Shown: positions 53,799-63,356, counted from the stretch's first letter. The stretch is DNA of 64,000 nt from Bacteroidota bacterium (GCA_005799065.1 SYHW01000037.1:18575-82574), one strand, 5' to 3'. Notes: a model not told the origin generated them from the letters alone. Made by a program: numbers and translations.

Positions 53799-55326
53799 GT
53801 TCGGCCGCTTTTTCAGCAATCACTACGGTGGGTGATTGGGTGTTCCCCCGGGTAATATTCGGCATAATGGAGGCATCTACGACCCTTAATCCATCTACCC
53901 CATGCACCCTCAATTGATCATCTACAACCGAATTTTCGTCGGCTCCCATCCGGCAGGTTCCCACAGGATGATACAGTAATTCCGTGTGCCGCCTCAGGTA
54001 TTCAATGATTTCAGCGTCTTTCCGGGGTGGTTGTGCAGGCAAAAAAGGTTCTAAACGCCATCCGTCGAAGGCGGGGGCCTCCATGATGGCACGAGCTTTT
54101 TGAAAGCCGATGAGCATTATGTCTAAATCGGATGAATCTGAGTAAACTTTTGGGTCAATCAAGGGTGAAAAATGGTCATTGGGTGCTGGTCGTATGGATC
54201 CACGCGATTTTGGCTGCACCAAAATGGGGGCGAGGCTCATGCCATTTCCTTTGGGCCGCACAAACCCGTGGTCGACAAAGAAAACCGGGGCGAAGTGATA
54301 TTGTAGATCGGGTGCGCTGAGGTCATCCTGACTGCGGGTGAAGCCACCGGTTTCGCATAAATTGCTGCACAGTGGACCTTCTCGTTTCCACCACCATCTA
54401 AGCAGATTGCCCAACGTATCATCGCTATCGAATGATGCCCCTTTGCGGGTTCGATAGGCAAGGGGCACAACCGGATGGTCCTGGAGGTTATTACCAACTC
54501 CTGTGAGGGGCTGCCGTATGGGCACCCCCATCTCTTCTAAACCAACCGGATCTCCGACACCGCTTCGCATCAAGAACAGTGGCGATTCGATGGCCCCCCC
54601 ACACAGGATCACCGATTGGGTGGCATAAATACAGCGTTTCCCTCGACCAATACCCAATTCAACACCAGTCACCCTATTCGCTTCCCACAATGCATGAAGG
54701 GCTCGAGCACCCGTAATTACCCTCAGGTTCGGTCGCTTCAAAGCCGGACGAAGAAATGCATGGGCTGGACTGTGTCTGGCTCCGTCTAAAATATTCACAG
54801 GATGAATCCCTACACCATGTGCGATAGAATCGTTAAGATCTTCCACTATGGGGAGGCCAGTTTGCGCCGCTGCTTCTAAAAAGAGGCGACTCAAAGGATG
54901 GATGTCCTTAGGTTTTTCAATGTTCCATAACCCCAAACTTTTTTGAAAAAAGGGCAATAAATCCGCGTATCCCCAGCCCGTATTGCCCAGATCCGCCCAG
55001 CCGTCAAAATCTGCGCGGTGCCCCCTAATGTAAATCATTGCATTAATGGCTCCCGATCCACCCAACGTCCGTCCGCGCGGCATGAACAACGATCGCCCAC
55101 CCAGCTCGGGTTGCGCAACCGATTGATAAGCATAATCGACCCGCGATCGATATAGTTTAGAAAAAGCGGCTGGAATTTTGATTAAAGGGTTTCGGTCCGG
55201 TACACCAGCCTCTATCAGCACAACACGGATCGTTGGATCCGCACTCAAGCGCTGGGCCAAAACACAACCGGCAGAACCCGCACCGATGATGAGGTAGTCG
55301 GTAAAAGAGTGATTCGATTTCGACAT
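53785..55326 (-). CDS. GMC family FAD-dependent oxidoreductase (choline dehydrogenase-like)
   Basis: DYLIIGAGSAGCVLAQRLS, GGSGAINAMIY, and C-terminal HPVGTCRMG...GLRVVDASIMP. Confidence 0.85.
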   Translation of the reverse strand: MSKSNHSFTDYLIIGAGSAGCVLAQRLSADPTIRVVLIEAGVPDRNPLIKIPAAFSKLYRSRVDYAYQSVAQPELGGRSLFMPRGRTLGGSGAINAMIYIRGHRADFDGWADLGNTGWGYADLLPFFQKSLGLWNIEKPKDIHPLSRLFLEAAAQTGLPIVEDLNDSIAHGVGIHPVNILDGARHSPAHAFLRPALKRPNLRVITGARALHALWEANRVTGVELGIGRGKRCIYATQSVILCGGAIESPLFLMRSGVGDPVGLEEMGVPIRQPLTGVGNNLQDHPVVPLAYRTRKGASFDSDDTLGNLLRWWWKREGPLCSNLCETGGFTRSQDDLSAPDLQYHFAPVFFVDHGFVRPKGNGMSLAPILVQPKSRGSIRPAPNDHFSPLIDPKVYSDSSDLDIMLIGFQKARAIMEAPAFDGWRLEPFLPAQPPRKDAEIIEYLRRHTELLYHPVGTCRMGADENSVVDDQLRVHGVDGLRVVDASIMPNITRGNTQSPTVVIAEKAAELILR

Positions 55327-55330
55327 TCCT

Positions 55331-55338
55331 CAAAAGTA
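55331..55338 (-). promoter_or_regulatory. Candidate -7 box TACTTTTG, 4 nt before the GMC oxidoreductase ATG
   Basis: Exact TAnnTTTG match on the minus strand, with near-leaderless spacing. Confidence 0.35.
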
Positions 55339-55361
55339 GGATGTTTGAGCAAGATGTTTCA

Positions 55362-55369
55362 ATAATTTT
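55362..55369 (+). promoter_or_regulatory. Candidate -7 box TAATTTTG upstream of the GH3-family gene
   Basis: Exact TAnnTTTG match 40 nt before ATG 55410. The tracked ATG 55341 lies upstream of this box. Confidence 0.35.
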
Positions 55370-55409
55370 GAGCAAATCAACAACGGGTACATTTTTTCAC
55401 TCAATACGC

Positions 55410-56954
55410 ATGGGTATCATCGGTGGCGTGCTGAAAGGCGCCCTCAAAACACGGGCGCGTTTGAAGATGCCCCAACCCGCTCCACTCAGGCAGCAGGAAC
55501 GTGTTTTGCGTGCGTTATTGAACCGGGCCAGGGACACCCAATTTGGGCGTTATTACGGTTTTGGATCGTTGCTGAATCATCCCGAACTTCCTGCGGAATT
55601 TGCGCGAAGAGTCGATTGGCACGACTACAACCGTATTTTCGATCGTTGGTGGTCGAAGCAACTCGCCGGGCAACCCGACATCAGTTGGCCTGGAAAGACA
55701 CCCTATTTTGCGTTGAGTTCGGGCACAACAGGGGCTCCCAGCAAGTACATTCCTGTGACCCCCGATATGCTTCGTTCGATGCGCGGGGTTTCGCTTCGTC
55801 AAATGGAGGTGCTCGCCCAATACAAGCTCCCTTCCGATTTATATGCCAAGAGGGTACTTATGCTGGGAGGCAGCACCCGTTTGAAGGGCGAGGGCAATCA
55901 TTATTATGGCGACTTAAGCGGCATCACCTTGTCGAAAGTTCCCCTTTGGTTTGAGCCATTTTTCAGTCCGGGTCGCCGAATCGCTCGACTCGACGACTGG
56001 AAACAGCGCATCGAAGCCATGGTGAAAAAGGCGCCGGAGTGGGATGTATGGATCGTTTCCGGGTCCTCGACTTGGTTGGTATGGCTCATGGAGCAGATCA
56101 TAGAACGATATCAGCTGCAGACCATTCATGACATATGGCCCAACCTCAAGGTCTGTACCTACGGCGGCGTTTCCATACAACCCTATCTCAACCGTTTAGA
56201 ACGCTGTACGGCACACCCTCTGATTCTCATCGAGACCTACCTGGCCTCAGAAGGCTTTTTGGCTTATGACACCCGACGAAGTGACATTCGCCAAGGCATG
56301 CAACTCAACCTCAACAATGGAATTTACTTCGAGTTCATCCCGTTTAACCGAACCAATTTTGATGAGGAGGGAAACCCAAGGCCCGGATTCGAGGCACTGC
56401 GGGTCGATCAACTTTCAGAAGGAGCGGAATATGCGCCCCTGATCACCACTTGTGCCGGGGCTTGGCGCTACTTGATTGGGGATACCATTCGGTTGACCTC
56501 CGCTGAACACCAAGAAATCACCCTTACAGGCCGCACACGACAGTTTTTAAGCCTATGCGGGGAGCATTTGTCGCACGACAACATGAATGAGGCGATCTTG
56601 CAGTTGTCGGCCCGGCTCGGCGTTGCCCTGGGCGAATTTACCGTGCATGCGATTGAGGGACAAGACGGACTCGGACACCATTGGTATATTGGTTGCGATG
56701 CTCAAATATCAGAAGATCAAGCCGCACGTTGGCTCGACGAGGAACTTTCCGCACTCAACGACGACTACGCAGTAGAACGTCAATTCGCCCTTTCTCAGTT
56801 CAAAGTCGATTTTATTCCCCAAAAGTGGTTCTTGGAATGGATGGAGCAACGGGGGATGCTCGAGGCGCAGCGGAAGTTCCCCCGGGTGGTGCAGGGCGAG
56901 GTGCAAAAAGCCTGGATCGACTTTATGCAACAAAAGGCAGGTGGCCAGGCATGA
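55410..56954 (+). CDS. GH3 (auxin-responsive promoter) family acyl-adenylate/amido-synthetase-like protein
   Basis: YFALSSGTTGAPSKYIPVT adenylation-type motif, LASEGF, and GAWRYLIGDTIRLT, in the layout of bacterial GH3 homologues. Confidence 0.75.
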   Translation: MGIIGGVLKGALKTRARLKMPQPAPLRQQERVLRALLNRARDTQFGRYYGFGSLLNHPELPAEFARRVDWHDYNRIFDRWWSKQLAGQPDISWPGKTPYFALSSGTTGAPSKYIPVTPDMLRSMRGVSLRQMEVLAQYKLPSDLYAKRVLMLGGSTRLKGEGNHYYGDLSGITLSKVPLWFEPFFSPGRRIARLDDWKQRIEAMVKKAPEWDVWIVSGSSTWLVWLMEQIIERYQLQTIHDIWPNLKVCTYGGVSIQPYLNRLERCTAHPLILIETYLASEGFLAYDTRRSDIRQGMQLNLNNGIYFEFIPFNRTNFDEEGNPRPGFEALRVDQLSEGAEYAPLITTCAGAWRYLIGDTIRLTSAEHQEITLTGRTRQFLSLCGEHLSHDNMNEAILQLSARLGVALGEFTVHAIEGQDGLGHHWYIGCDAQISEDQAARWLDEELSALNDDYAVERQFALSQFKVDFIPQKWFLEWMEQRGMLEAQRKFPRVVQGEVQKAWIDFMQQKAGGQA

Positions 56955-57598
56955 TACCCCATCCTTACATACAGGGATTTGGCTTTGGCTTGATGTTGTC
57001 GGTACTGATTGGCCCCGTGTTTTTCGCCCTCCTCCAAATCAGCATCACCCGTGGCTTTAGAGCAGGTGCCCAAATCGCGGTGGGAACCCTGCTCAGCGAT
57101 GTGGTGGTGGTGGGTTTTTGCTATGTTGGATTAACCGGTTTGGTTGCGATACCTCAGAACCAGCGGCTGCTGGGTATTTCAGGAGGACTATTTATGCTGT
57201 TTTATGGGGTTTATCTATTGGCCTCTCGCCCCCCTGCTTCACCCCATGATGCAGACAAGATCTCGGAACCCGTATCGGGTGGTAAAGGGCTATTGGTGGT
57301 CAGAGGATTTCTGCTCAATATCCTCAATCCATTTACTCTGGTCTATTGGTTAGGGCTATCTACTTGGGTCAGCGCACTACCTACCTATGAAAGGGCCGAT
57401 GATCTGGCCTTTTTTGGGGGAACACTCAGTGCTGTGCTCATGACCGACCTACTGAAATCATACCTGGCCCGCCGCCTCAGGCCGTGGCTGAGTTGGGCCC
57501 GTGTACTTTGGCTCAACCGCATCACCGGCCTTGTTCTGATGGGCTTTGGTCTATCCCTTTTGCTCCAAGTTTTTTGGTTGAAACGCAATTTTTTTTAG
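56951..57598 (+). CDS. LysE/RhtB family amino-acid (small-molecule) exporter
   Basis: MIPHPYIQGFGFGLMLSVLIGPVFFALL..., LNILNPFTLVYW, and about 6 hydrophobic spans. The ATG overlaps the GH3 stop (ATGA). Confidence 0.8.
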   Translation: MIPHPYIQGFGFGLMLSVLIGPVFFALLQISITRGFRAGAQIAVGTLLSDVVVVGFCYVGLTGLVAIPQNQRLLGISGGLFMLFYGVYLLASRPPASPHDADKISEPVSGGKGLLVVRGFLLNILNPFTLVYWLGLSTWVSALPTYERADDLAFFGGTLSAVLMTDLLKSYLARRLRPWLSWARVLWLNRITGLVLMGFGLSLLLQVFWLKRNFF

Positions 57599-57606
57599 CA
57601 TTTGCC

Positions 57607-57614
57607 TATATTTG
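57607..57614 (+). promoter_or_regulatory. Candidate -7 box TATATTTG upstream of tRNA-Pro
   Basis: Exact TAnnTTTG match ending 13 nt before the mature tRNA 5' end. Confidence 0.4.
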
Positions 57615-57627
57615 CGCTCCCTAAGAT

Positions 57628-57705
57628 CGGGGTGTAGCGCAGTCCGGTTAGCGTACACGTCTGGGGGGCGTGAGGTCGCTGGTTCGAATCCAGTCACCCC
57701 GACCA
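57628..57705 (+). tRNA. tRNA-Pro (anticodon GGG), 3' CCA encoded
   Basis: Hand-folded cloverleaf: acceptor CGGGGTG/CACCCCG, D stem GCGC/GCGT, anticodon stem CACGT/GCGTG with loop CTGGGGG (G37), T arm GCTGG-TTCGAAT-CCAGT, discriminator A, then CCA. Confidence 0.9.
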
Positions 57706-57713
57706 ATCATTCA

Positions 57714-57748
57714 ATGGCAACCTCCGCAAGGCAGTTGCCATTTTTTTT
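57714..57748 (+). terminator. Rho-independent terminator after tRNA-Pro
   Basis: 8-bp perfect stem ATGGCAAC / GTTGCCAT followed by a run of eight T. Confidence 0.8.
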
Positions 57749-57896
57749 GTCCATGACTTTTTGATTGTTTTGCGCGCCTACACTCGATTGCGCGCCGATA
57801 TCCGATAAATGTCGCATTTCGATTATTTTCTGTTGTGTTCTGAGCATCTGCTTGCATAAATTTTGAGACCTTAACTGGGCGCTGCAATTTTGCAGC

Positions 57897-59102
57897 ATGA
57901 ACGAGGCTGTTATGCACTTTATTTGGAACAACCGACTTTTGAAGACCGGGGTGTGGCAAACCCAAAGAGGCGAACGGATCTGGCTGGAGTCGCCTGGGCA
58001 GCACAACCCCGATGCGGGCCCCGATTTTCTGGGTGCACGGCTGCGCATTGGAAATCTCCGGTGGACGGGAGCTGTGGAATTGCATACGCACGCGATGGAA
58101 TGGTACCGCCATCGCCACCAACTTGATCCAAACTACAATCAAGTGATTCTACACGTTGTGTGGGAGGGTAGGCAGCCCGCTATGCGCTGCGACGGTACGG
58201 AGGCCGATACTTTCGTCATGAAGCCTTGGGTCGATGGGCATATTCTCGATCATTACAGACAGCTGATGGCTGATTCAGGCGACTTCCCCTGCGCGTCGCA
58301 GCGGGGACTGGTCGACCGCAGCCGCTATTTGGCCATGTTTGATCGGGGGGGCTTACAGCGCCTTCTTCAACATAAACAGCGTTTTTGGAGGTCTCTCCAT
58401 CAATGTGGGGGCGACTGGGATCGGGCATTGTGGGTGGGTTTGGTCCGAAGTTTTGGGATGAATGCAAACAGCGCTGCCATGGAGCATCTCGCTTTATCCA
58501 TCTCTATGTATGAAATTAAGGCATGTAGGGGTCATTTCGACCGTATTTGGGCAATCATGAGCGATCGGGTAAAAACAAGCGCTGCTTGGATTCGCTCAGG
58601 TCGCTCGTGTACGCTACCTGTTTCTTTTACAAAAAATAAACTCAAGCAGTTGGCGGTTCTGGTGGCCTATGGAATTCCGGATGCTAGGAAATTGCTGTCG
58701 GCTTCCACGCCATTTGAGGTGAGGGCGCTGTTTCGAAAGGCTGCTCAAACCGAGCCTGGGGTACACTTGATCGAAAAAACCGACGATTGCTTATCGCCAA
58801 AAACCCTTCAGGTTTTCATCATCAATAGCCTCATTCCAGCTTTGTTTTGTTATGGCGAAGAAAACCACCTTCCGCAAGAACAGGATAGGGCCGTACAATG
58901 GCTTGAACAAATGGGTCCGGAAAAAAACAGATGTACAGATATTTTCGCATCTTTGAATGTTGATGCCAACAATGCGCTTCGATCCCAGGGCATGATTCAC
59001 CAGATGAACGCCTATTGTAGGCCTCGGCGATGCTTGGAATGTGCCGTTGGGGCTTTTTTGTTGACCAGAACATTATATAAGCGTTATGCGCAAACTGCTT
59101 GA
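57897..59102 (+). CDS. DUF2851 family protein
   Basis: The N-terminal EAVMHFIWNNRLL and GPDFLGARLRI...GAVELH pattern is recalled as DUF2851. 401 aa. Confidence 0.6.
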   Translation: MNEAVMHFIWNNRLLKTGVWQTQRGERIWLESPGQHNPDAGPDFLGARLRIGNLRWTGAVELHTHAMEWYRHRHQLDPNYNQVILHVVWEGRQPAMRCDGTEADTFVMKPWVDGHILDHYRQLMADSGDFPCASQRGLVDRSRYLAMFDRGGLQRLLQHKQRFWRSLHQCGGDWDRALWVGLVRSFGMNANSAAMEHLALSISMYEIKACRGHFDRIWAIMSDRVKTSAAWIRSGRSCTLPVSFTKNKLKQLAVLVAYGIPDARKLLSASTPFEVRALFRKAAQTEPGVHLIEKTDDCLSPKTLQVFIINSLIPALFCYGEENHLPQEQDRAVQWLEQMGPEKNRCTDIFASLNVDANNALRSQGMIHQMNAYCRPRRCLECAVGAFLLTRTLYKRYAQTA

Positions 59103-59310
59103 TCATCTTAAAGACCTTAGTCAACTCCAGTTCTTTGGCGTGTGCACGCTGATCAGCGAAACTTGGGGACTACCCCTGGAACGAATTCGGGTCTTGTTTG
59201 TCTATGTTTCACTTTTTTCGTACGGCTCCTCCGTGCCCCTATACCTCATTGTAGCCTTTTGGCTGCGCATCAGACAATATGTGAAAAGAAGCCGCTGGCT
59301 GGTGGAGTGA
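59086..59310 (+). CDS. PspC domain-containing small membrane protein
   Basis: 74 aa. FFGVCTLISETWGLPLERIRVLFV resembles a PspC domain, followed by a hydrophobic span. Confidence 0.55.
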   Translation: MRKLLDHLKDLSQLQFFGVCTLISETWGLPLERIRVLFVYVSLFSYGSSVPLYLIVAFWLRIRQYVKRSRWLVE

Positions 59311-60212
59311 TGGTGCGAATTTTAGTTACGGGCAGTAATGGCTTTCTGGGCCACCGATTGGTGGCCTCACTTCGGTTGCGTACCGATGTAGAGCTCATTG
59401 CGACCTCTTTGGGACCAGATCGCCGTTCAGACACCGAGGGCTACCTGTACGTTCCTATGGATGTTACCAGCGAGCAAGCGGTTCAAGAAGTTTGTAGTCG
59501 CTACCGACCCGATGCCATCATCCACACCGCGGCCATTACCCAAGTTGATCAGGCGGAGCAGCAGCCGGCCTACTGTAGGTGTCTCAATGTAGGGGCAGTT
59601 GCCCACCTGGTCGGTGCCTGTGCACGCTATGGCATTCACCTGTTGCAGTTATCGACAGATTTTGTATTTGATGGGTTATCGGGCCCATACGCAGAATCCG
59701 ATCCTGTATCGCCCATTAGTGTTTATGGTTGGTCTAAGGCTGCTGCCGAAAAGCTACTATCCGACAGTGAGATATCATGGGCAGTAGTGCGCACCATTTT
59801 GGTCTATGGGCAAGAGGTACCGGGTGGTCGATCCAATATAGTTCAGTGGGCGACCAAAGTACTTCAGTCAGGGAACCCTGTTCAGGTGGTCAACGATCAG
59901 TATCGGATGCCGACTTTCGTCGAATACCTGGCCCAAGCGTGTATAGAAATCGCCCTGAGAAAGGAGCGGGGTATTTTTCACATATCAGGGGAGGAGGAAG
60001 TGAGTATATTTGAATTGGTTGGCCATGTAGCACAACATCTGGGCCTCAGCATGGAAATGGTGCAGTCGGTAAACAGTTCTGATCTTGCTGGAGCCGAACT
60101 TCGTCCACCCCGAACAGGATTCATTTTGGGAAAAGCCAAGTCGAGGATTCATTATGAGCCTGTTTCACTTGAGACGGGCTTAACAAAGGTGTTGGGTCCA
60201 GCAATCCAGTAG
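59310..60212 (+). CDS. dTDP-4-dehydrorhamnose reductase-like SDR (RmlD family)
   Basis: ILVTGSNGFLG Rossmann motif, STDFVFDG, and YGWSKAAAE (YxxxK). ATG 59310 overlaps the PspC stop. Confidence 0.8.
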   Translation: MVRILVTGSNGFLGHRLVASLRLRTDVELIATSLGPDRRSDTEGYLYVPMDVTSEQAVQEVCSRYRPDAIIHTAAITQVDQAEQQPAYCRCLNVGAVAHLVGACARYGIHLLQLSTDFVFDGLSGPYAESDPVSPISVYGWSKAAAEKLLSDSEISWAVVRTILVYGQEVPGGRSNIVQWATKVLQSGNPVQVVNDQYRMPTFVEYLAQACIEIALRKERGIFHISGEEEVSIFELVGHVAQHLGLSMEMVQSVNSSDLAGAELRPPRTGFILGKAKSRIHYEPVSLETGLTKVLGPAIQ

Positions 60213-60300
60213 TACTTATTTGCTATGAACATCTCAATTTGTCATTACCAGCTCAATGCATTATGTTTAACGCTTTATTTCACAAATAATCAAATTTTTC

Positions 60301-62160
60301 ATGTCCGATAAAGACTCCTGGGGTTCCCGAATAGGATTAATTCTCGCCATGGCGGGAAATGCGATTGGTTTGGGTAATTTTTTGCGCTTCCCCGTGGAAG
60401 CGATGAAAAACGGGGGCGGTGCCTTCATTATCCCTTATCTGGTTTGTTTTCTGGTGATGGGTATTCCATTATTGTGGATTGAGTGGGGTGTGGGCAGATA
60501 CGGTGGCCGAAGGGGCAACCACAGCACACCCTTCATTTTGGATCAAATGGGTAAGGGTCGATTTTGGAAGTATTTCGGGGTGTTTGGCATTTTCACCAAT
60601 ATTGCCGTGGCGGCCTATTACTGCTACATCGAATCGTGGACCTTGGCCTATGTCTACCACAGCCTGGTTCAGACCTTCCAGTCGATGGGCCAGTCGGAGG
60701 TGGCCGCCTTTTTTCTGAAGTATGTCGATGTCGGCAGCAGTACATCCGGCATTCCGTATGAATCAATCGTGTTTTATGTGGCCTGTCTTTTCCTGAACAT
60801 TTGGATTCTATCGCGTGGTCTGAGTGGAGGGGTAGAACGAGTAGCCAAAATTGGGATTCCCCTATTGATGTTTTTTGGCTTGTTCCTTGCTATTAAGGGC
60901 TGGACATTGGGCAGTTCGGGCGCACCTGCGGGATGCAAAGACTGCAATAGTTGGTTGGGCATGGACTACCTTTGGAAGCCCCAATTCGATAGTTTGTGGA
61001 GTCCAAAAGTATGGCTGGCAGCCGCAGGGCAGATTTTCTTTACCCTTTCAGTAGGAATGGGAACGATACAATGTTATGCCGCCTATGTACGCTCCAAAGA
61101 TGATATTGCGCTCAATGCCATGTCAGCGGGATGGATGAATGGCTTCGTGGAGATCGTTTTGGGTGCCAGTATTGTGATCCCCATTGCAGTAGGATATCTC
61201 GGCCTTGATTGGGTGAAAGAAAATGCTGGATTTTCGATGGCTTTTCAAACAATGCCGTTTTTGTTCAACAAATGGGGCGTTTTATTGGGTACAATAGCGG
61301 GAATAATGTGGTTTGGTCTGTTGTTTTTTGCCGGCATTACTTCGTCGCTGGCTATGGGAACCCCATGGATGGGATTTATGAGGGATGAATTTGGATGGAA
61401 AACCTCAAAAGCCGCCTGGTCGTTCGGTGCCTTAGTTTTGGTTATGGGATTGCCTACTGTTTTGTTTTTCGACAAGGGGGTATTCGATGAATACGATTAT
61501 TGGGCCGGAACCGTGTCTTTGGTGGTGTTTGCCCTGGCGGAAACGATATTGTTTGCATGGGTGTTTGGTATTGATAAAGGTTGGGCAGAAATTACACGCG
61601 GGGCGGATATGAAAGTGCCCACGATCTATAAGCCCATTATCAAATATGTGACACCAACTTTCCTGCTCGCTGTTTTTCTGGGGGCATTGTTTACCCCCAA
61701 AAACAACGACTGGTCGCGCGCTTTTCGCGAGGGCTGGGAATTGGACCCATCAAGTATCATAGGCAACATTACCCACAAGGGATTGATGGCCAATCGCAAC
61801 TATTTCTCCACCGACTTCGAGTCGGAAGTTGGTGGCACAGTCGATTCAGTTCAAGCCCTAGCAGGGGGTGGCTTTGTCGTGCACATCAGTTCGGTCGACC
61901 AAATGACCACGCAATATACATTCGATTCGGTTGCTGTAGTCGCCGTGTCTATCGGCGACCAGATTAAGGTGGGTAACGCCATCGCCCATGGATCGTTCAC
62001 GAATAGGGTATTTTACATCGATATGGCTCGCTTTGGTCTCCTGGGTTTGTTCGGATTTATTGCCTGGCAGGTGTTCCGCGCAACCAAACGAAGAGAGCGA
62101 TTGGGGTTTGCCGGAGATACCGAAACGGAAGATGAAGACCAAAACGCACCCACTTTTTAA
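60301..62160 (+). CDS. Sodium-dependent transporter, neurotransmitter:sodium symporter (NSS/SNF) family
   Basis: WGSRIGLILAMAGNAIGLGNFLRFP and GGGAFIIPY N-terminal signature, with 11-12 hydrophobic spans and a soluble C-terminal extension. Confidence 0.9.
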   Translation: MSDKDSWGSRIGLILAMAGNAIGLGNFLRFPVEAMKNGGGAFIIPYLVCFLVMGIPLLWIEWGVGRYGGRRGNHSTPFILDQMGKGRFWKYFGVFGIFTNIAVAAYYCYIESWTLAYVYHSLVQTFQSMGQSEVAAFFLKYVDVGSSTSGIPYESIVFYVACLFLNIWILSRGLSGGVERVAKIGIPLLMFFGLFLAIKGWTLGSSGAPAGCKDCNSWLGMDYLWKPQFDSLWSPKVWLAAAGQIFFTLSVGMGTIQCYAAYVRSKDDIALNAMSAGWMNGFVEIVLGASIVIPIAVGYLGLDWVKENAGFSMAFQTMPFLFNKWGVLLGTIAGIMWFGLLFFAGITSSLAMGTPWMGFMRDEFGWKTSKAAWSFGALVLVMGLPTVLFFDKGVFDEYDYWAGTVSLVVFALAETILFAWVFGIDKGWAEITRGADMKVPTIYKPIIKYVTPTFLLAVFLGALFTPKNNDWSRAFREGWELDPSSIIGNITHKGLMANRNYFSTDFESEVGGTVDSVQALAGGGFVVHISSVDQMTTQYTFDSVAVVAVSIGDQIKVGNAIAHGSFTNRVFYIDMARFGLLGLFGFIAWQVFRATKRRERLGFAGDTETEDEDQNAPTF

Positions 62161-62169
62161 ATCTATACC

Positions 62170-62280
62170 ATGAGCGACTCCGCATTTTGGATGATGATGT
62201 TCGTCAAGATCTCTGTGACCCTAATCACAGCCTATTTTTTTTGGAAGGTTTTGGAAGCCAATAAGCGCAAGATTGACTGA
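62170..62280 (+). CDS. 36-aa single-span membrane peptide, possible MetS-like NSS transporter small subunit
   Basis: Not in the ORF track (under 60 aa). The ATG lies 10 nt after the NSS stop. It encodes MSDSAFWMMMFVKISVTLITAYFFWKVLEANKRKID: one hydrophobic helix followed by a basic tail. Confidence 0.45.
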   Translation: MSDSAFWMMMFVKISVTLITAYFFWKVLEANKRKID

Positions 62281-62315
62281 TCGATTGAAGGATTAGCACA
62301 TAACGAAATCGTTGT

Positions 62316-63266
62316 ATGGTGGGGGGCGAAGAGCGTGGCGGTTGGCGCCGATTTTGGGAACTTAGTCGTTCCGAACGCTATGGCGCCACAGTTCTTATGG
62401 TGTTGTTGTCGGGCCACCTGGTTTTGCGCTTCTACGACTACAAATATCCCCCCAAACCATCTGTTGCGGTGGTTGAATGGACCCAGAATGAAATCGATTA
62501 TGCTCAAAGGGTGGATGGTATGGATCGGGGCGATCAACCCGGTGTCATCTCAACCTTGAAGCCGTTTATATTCGAGAAAACAGATTCGGCTCAATTCGTA
62601 GGCATGGGATTGTCACCTAGAACCGTCGCCTCATTACAGCGGTTTCGCGATCGGGGAGGAGCGGTCCGCAGTATAGCAGATTGGTATGCCCTTAAGGTTT
62701 TGCGGGATGACGAAAAGGAGCGTTTGGCGCCCTACTTGCTTCTCCCCGAACCCACGGATCAAAGGTACGGGGCAGGAAATGCTCGGTCTCAATATCGTGA
62801 TCGGACCGTTGCTAACGAAACCATGCGCAGTCAATATGCCGACAAGTCCGCTCCGGTTTGGTCTGTTCAAGATCTCAATCAATCTGACTCTGCCGAATGG
62901 GATGCTATCCCCGGGATCGGCCCAGCCACGGCACGGCGCATCGTGGAATATCGGGAGCGATTGGGTGGATATCTTCATGTGTCGCAATTGCTGGAAATTT
63001 ATGGAATGGACAGCGCTCGGTATGAGGCCATTCTGCCTTTCGTGACTTTGAAAGGCCGGGAAAGCATCCGTCGGATTTCGTTGAATCTATGCAGTGAGTC
63101 GGAATTGGCAGAACACCCCTATGCAGGACGCACTCTGGCGCGCAGGCTTATGGCTTTTCGTGAACGTCATGGATCACTTCCACCGCCTGACTCCCTACTG
63201 AAGGTCAAATTGTATGGGGTTGACTCTGGAAAGTTGAGCCGATTATTGCCCTATCTCGACCCGTAA
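62316..63266 (+). CDS. ComEA-like helix-hairpin-helix DNA-binding protein
   Basis: N-terminal membrane anchor and two HhH-type regions (WDAIPGIGPATARRIVEYRERLGGY; ELAEHPYAGRTLARRLMAFRERHG). Confidence 0.65.
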   Translation: MVGGEERGGWRRFWELSRSERYGATVLMVLLSGHLVLRFYDYKYPPKPSVAVVEWTQNEIDYAQRVDGMDRGDQPGVISTLKPFIFEKTDSAQFVGMGLSPRTVASLQRFRDRGGAVRSIADWYALKVLRDDEKERLAPYLLLPEPTDQRYGAGNARSQYRDRTVANETMRSQYADKSAPVWSVQDLNQSDSAEWDAIPGIGPATARRIVEYRERLGGYLHVSQLLEIYGMDSARYEAILPFVTLKGRESIRRISLNLCSESELAEHPYAGRTLARRLMAFRERHGSLPPPDSLLKVKLYGVDSGKLSRLLPYLDP

Positions 63267-63323
63267 TGCCTAATTTGATACGCTAAATTATCATAGTATT
63301 GGTCATTAACCCGCGGTTTGCCG

Positions 63324-63331
63324 TATTTTTG
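63324..63331 (+). promoter_or_regulatory. Candidate -7 box TATTTTTG upstream of the acyl-CoA dehydrogenase gene
   Basis: Exact TAnnTTTG match 25 nt before ATG 63357. Confidence 0.4.
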
Positions 63332-63356
63332 CACCGCACAAAAATCCCCTTAAGTT

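Noticed and set aside
57628-59102. tRNA-Pro as an integration site for a mobile element
   Set aside because: There is no integrase, no duplicated tRNA 3' end downstream, and the downstream genes (DUF2851, PspC, RmlD-like) look like ordinary chromosomal genes.
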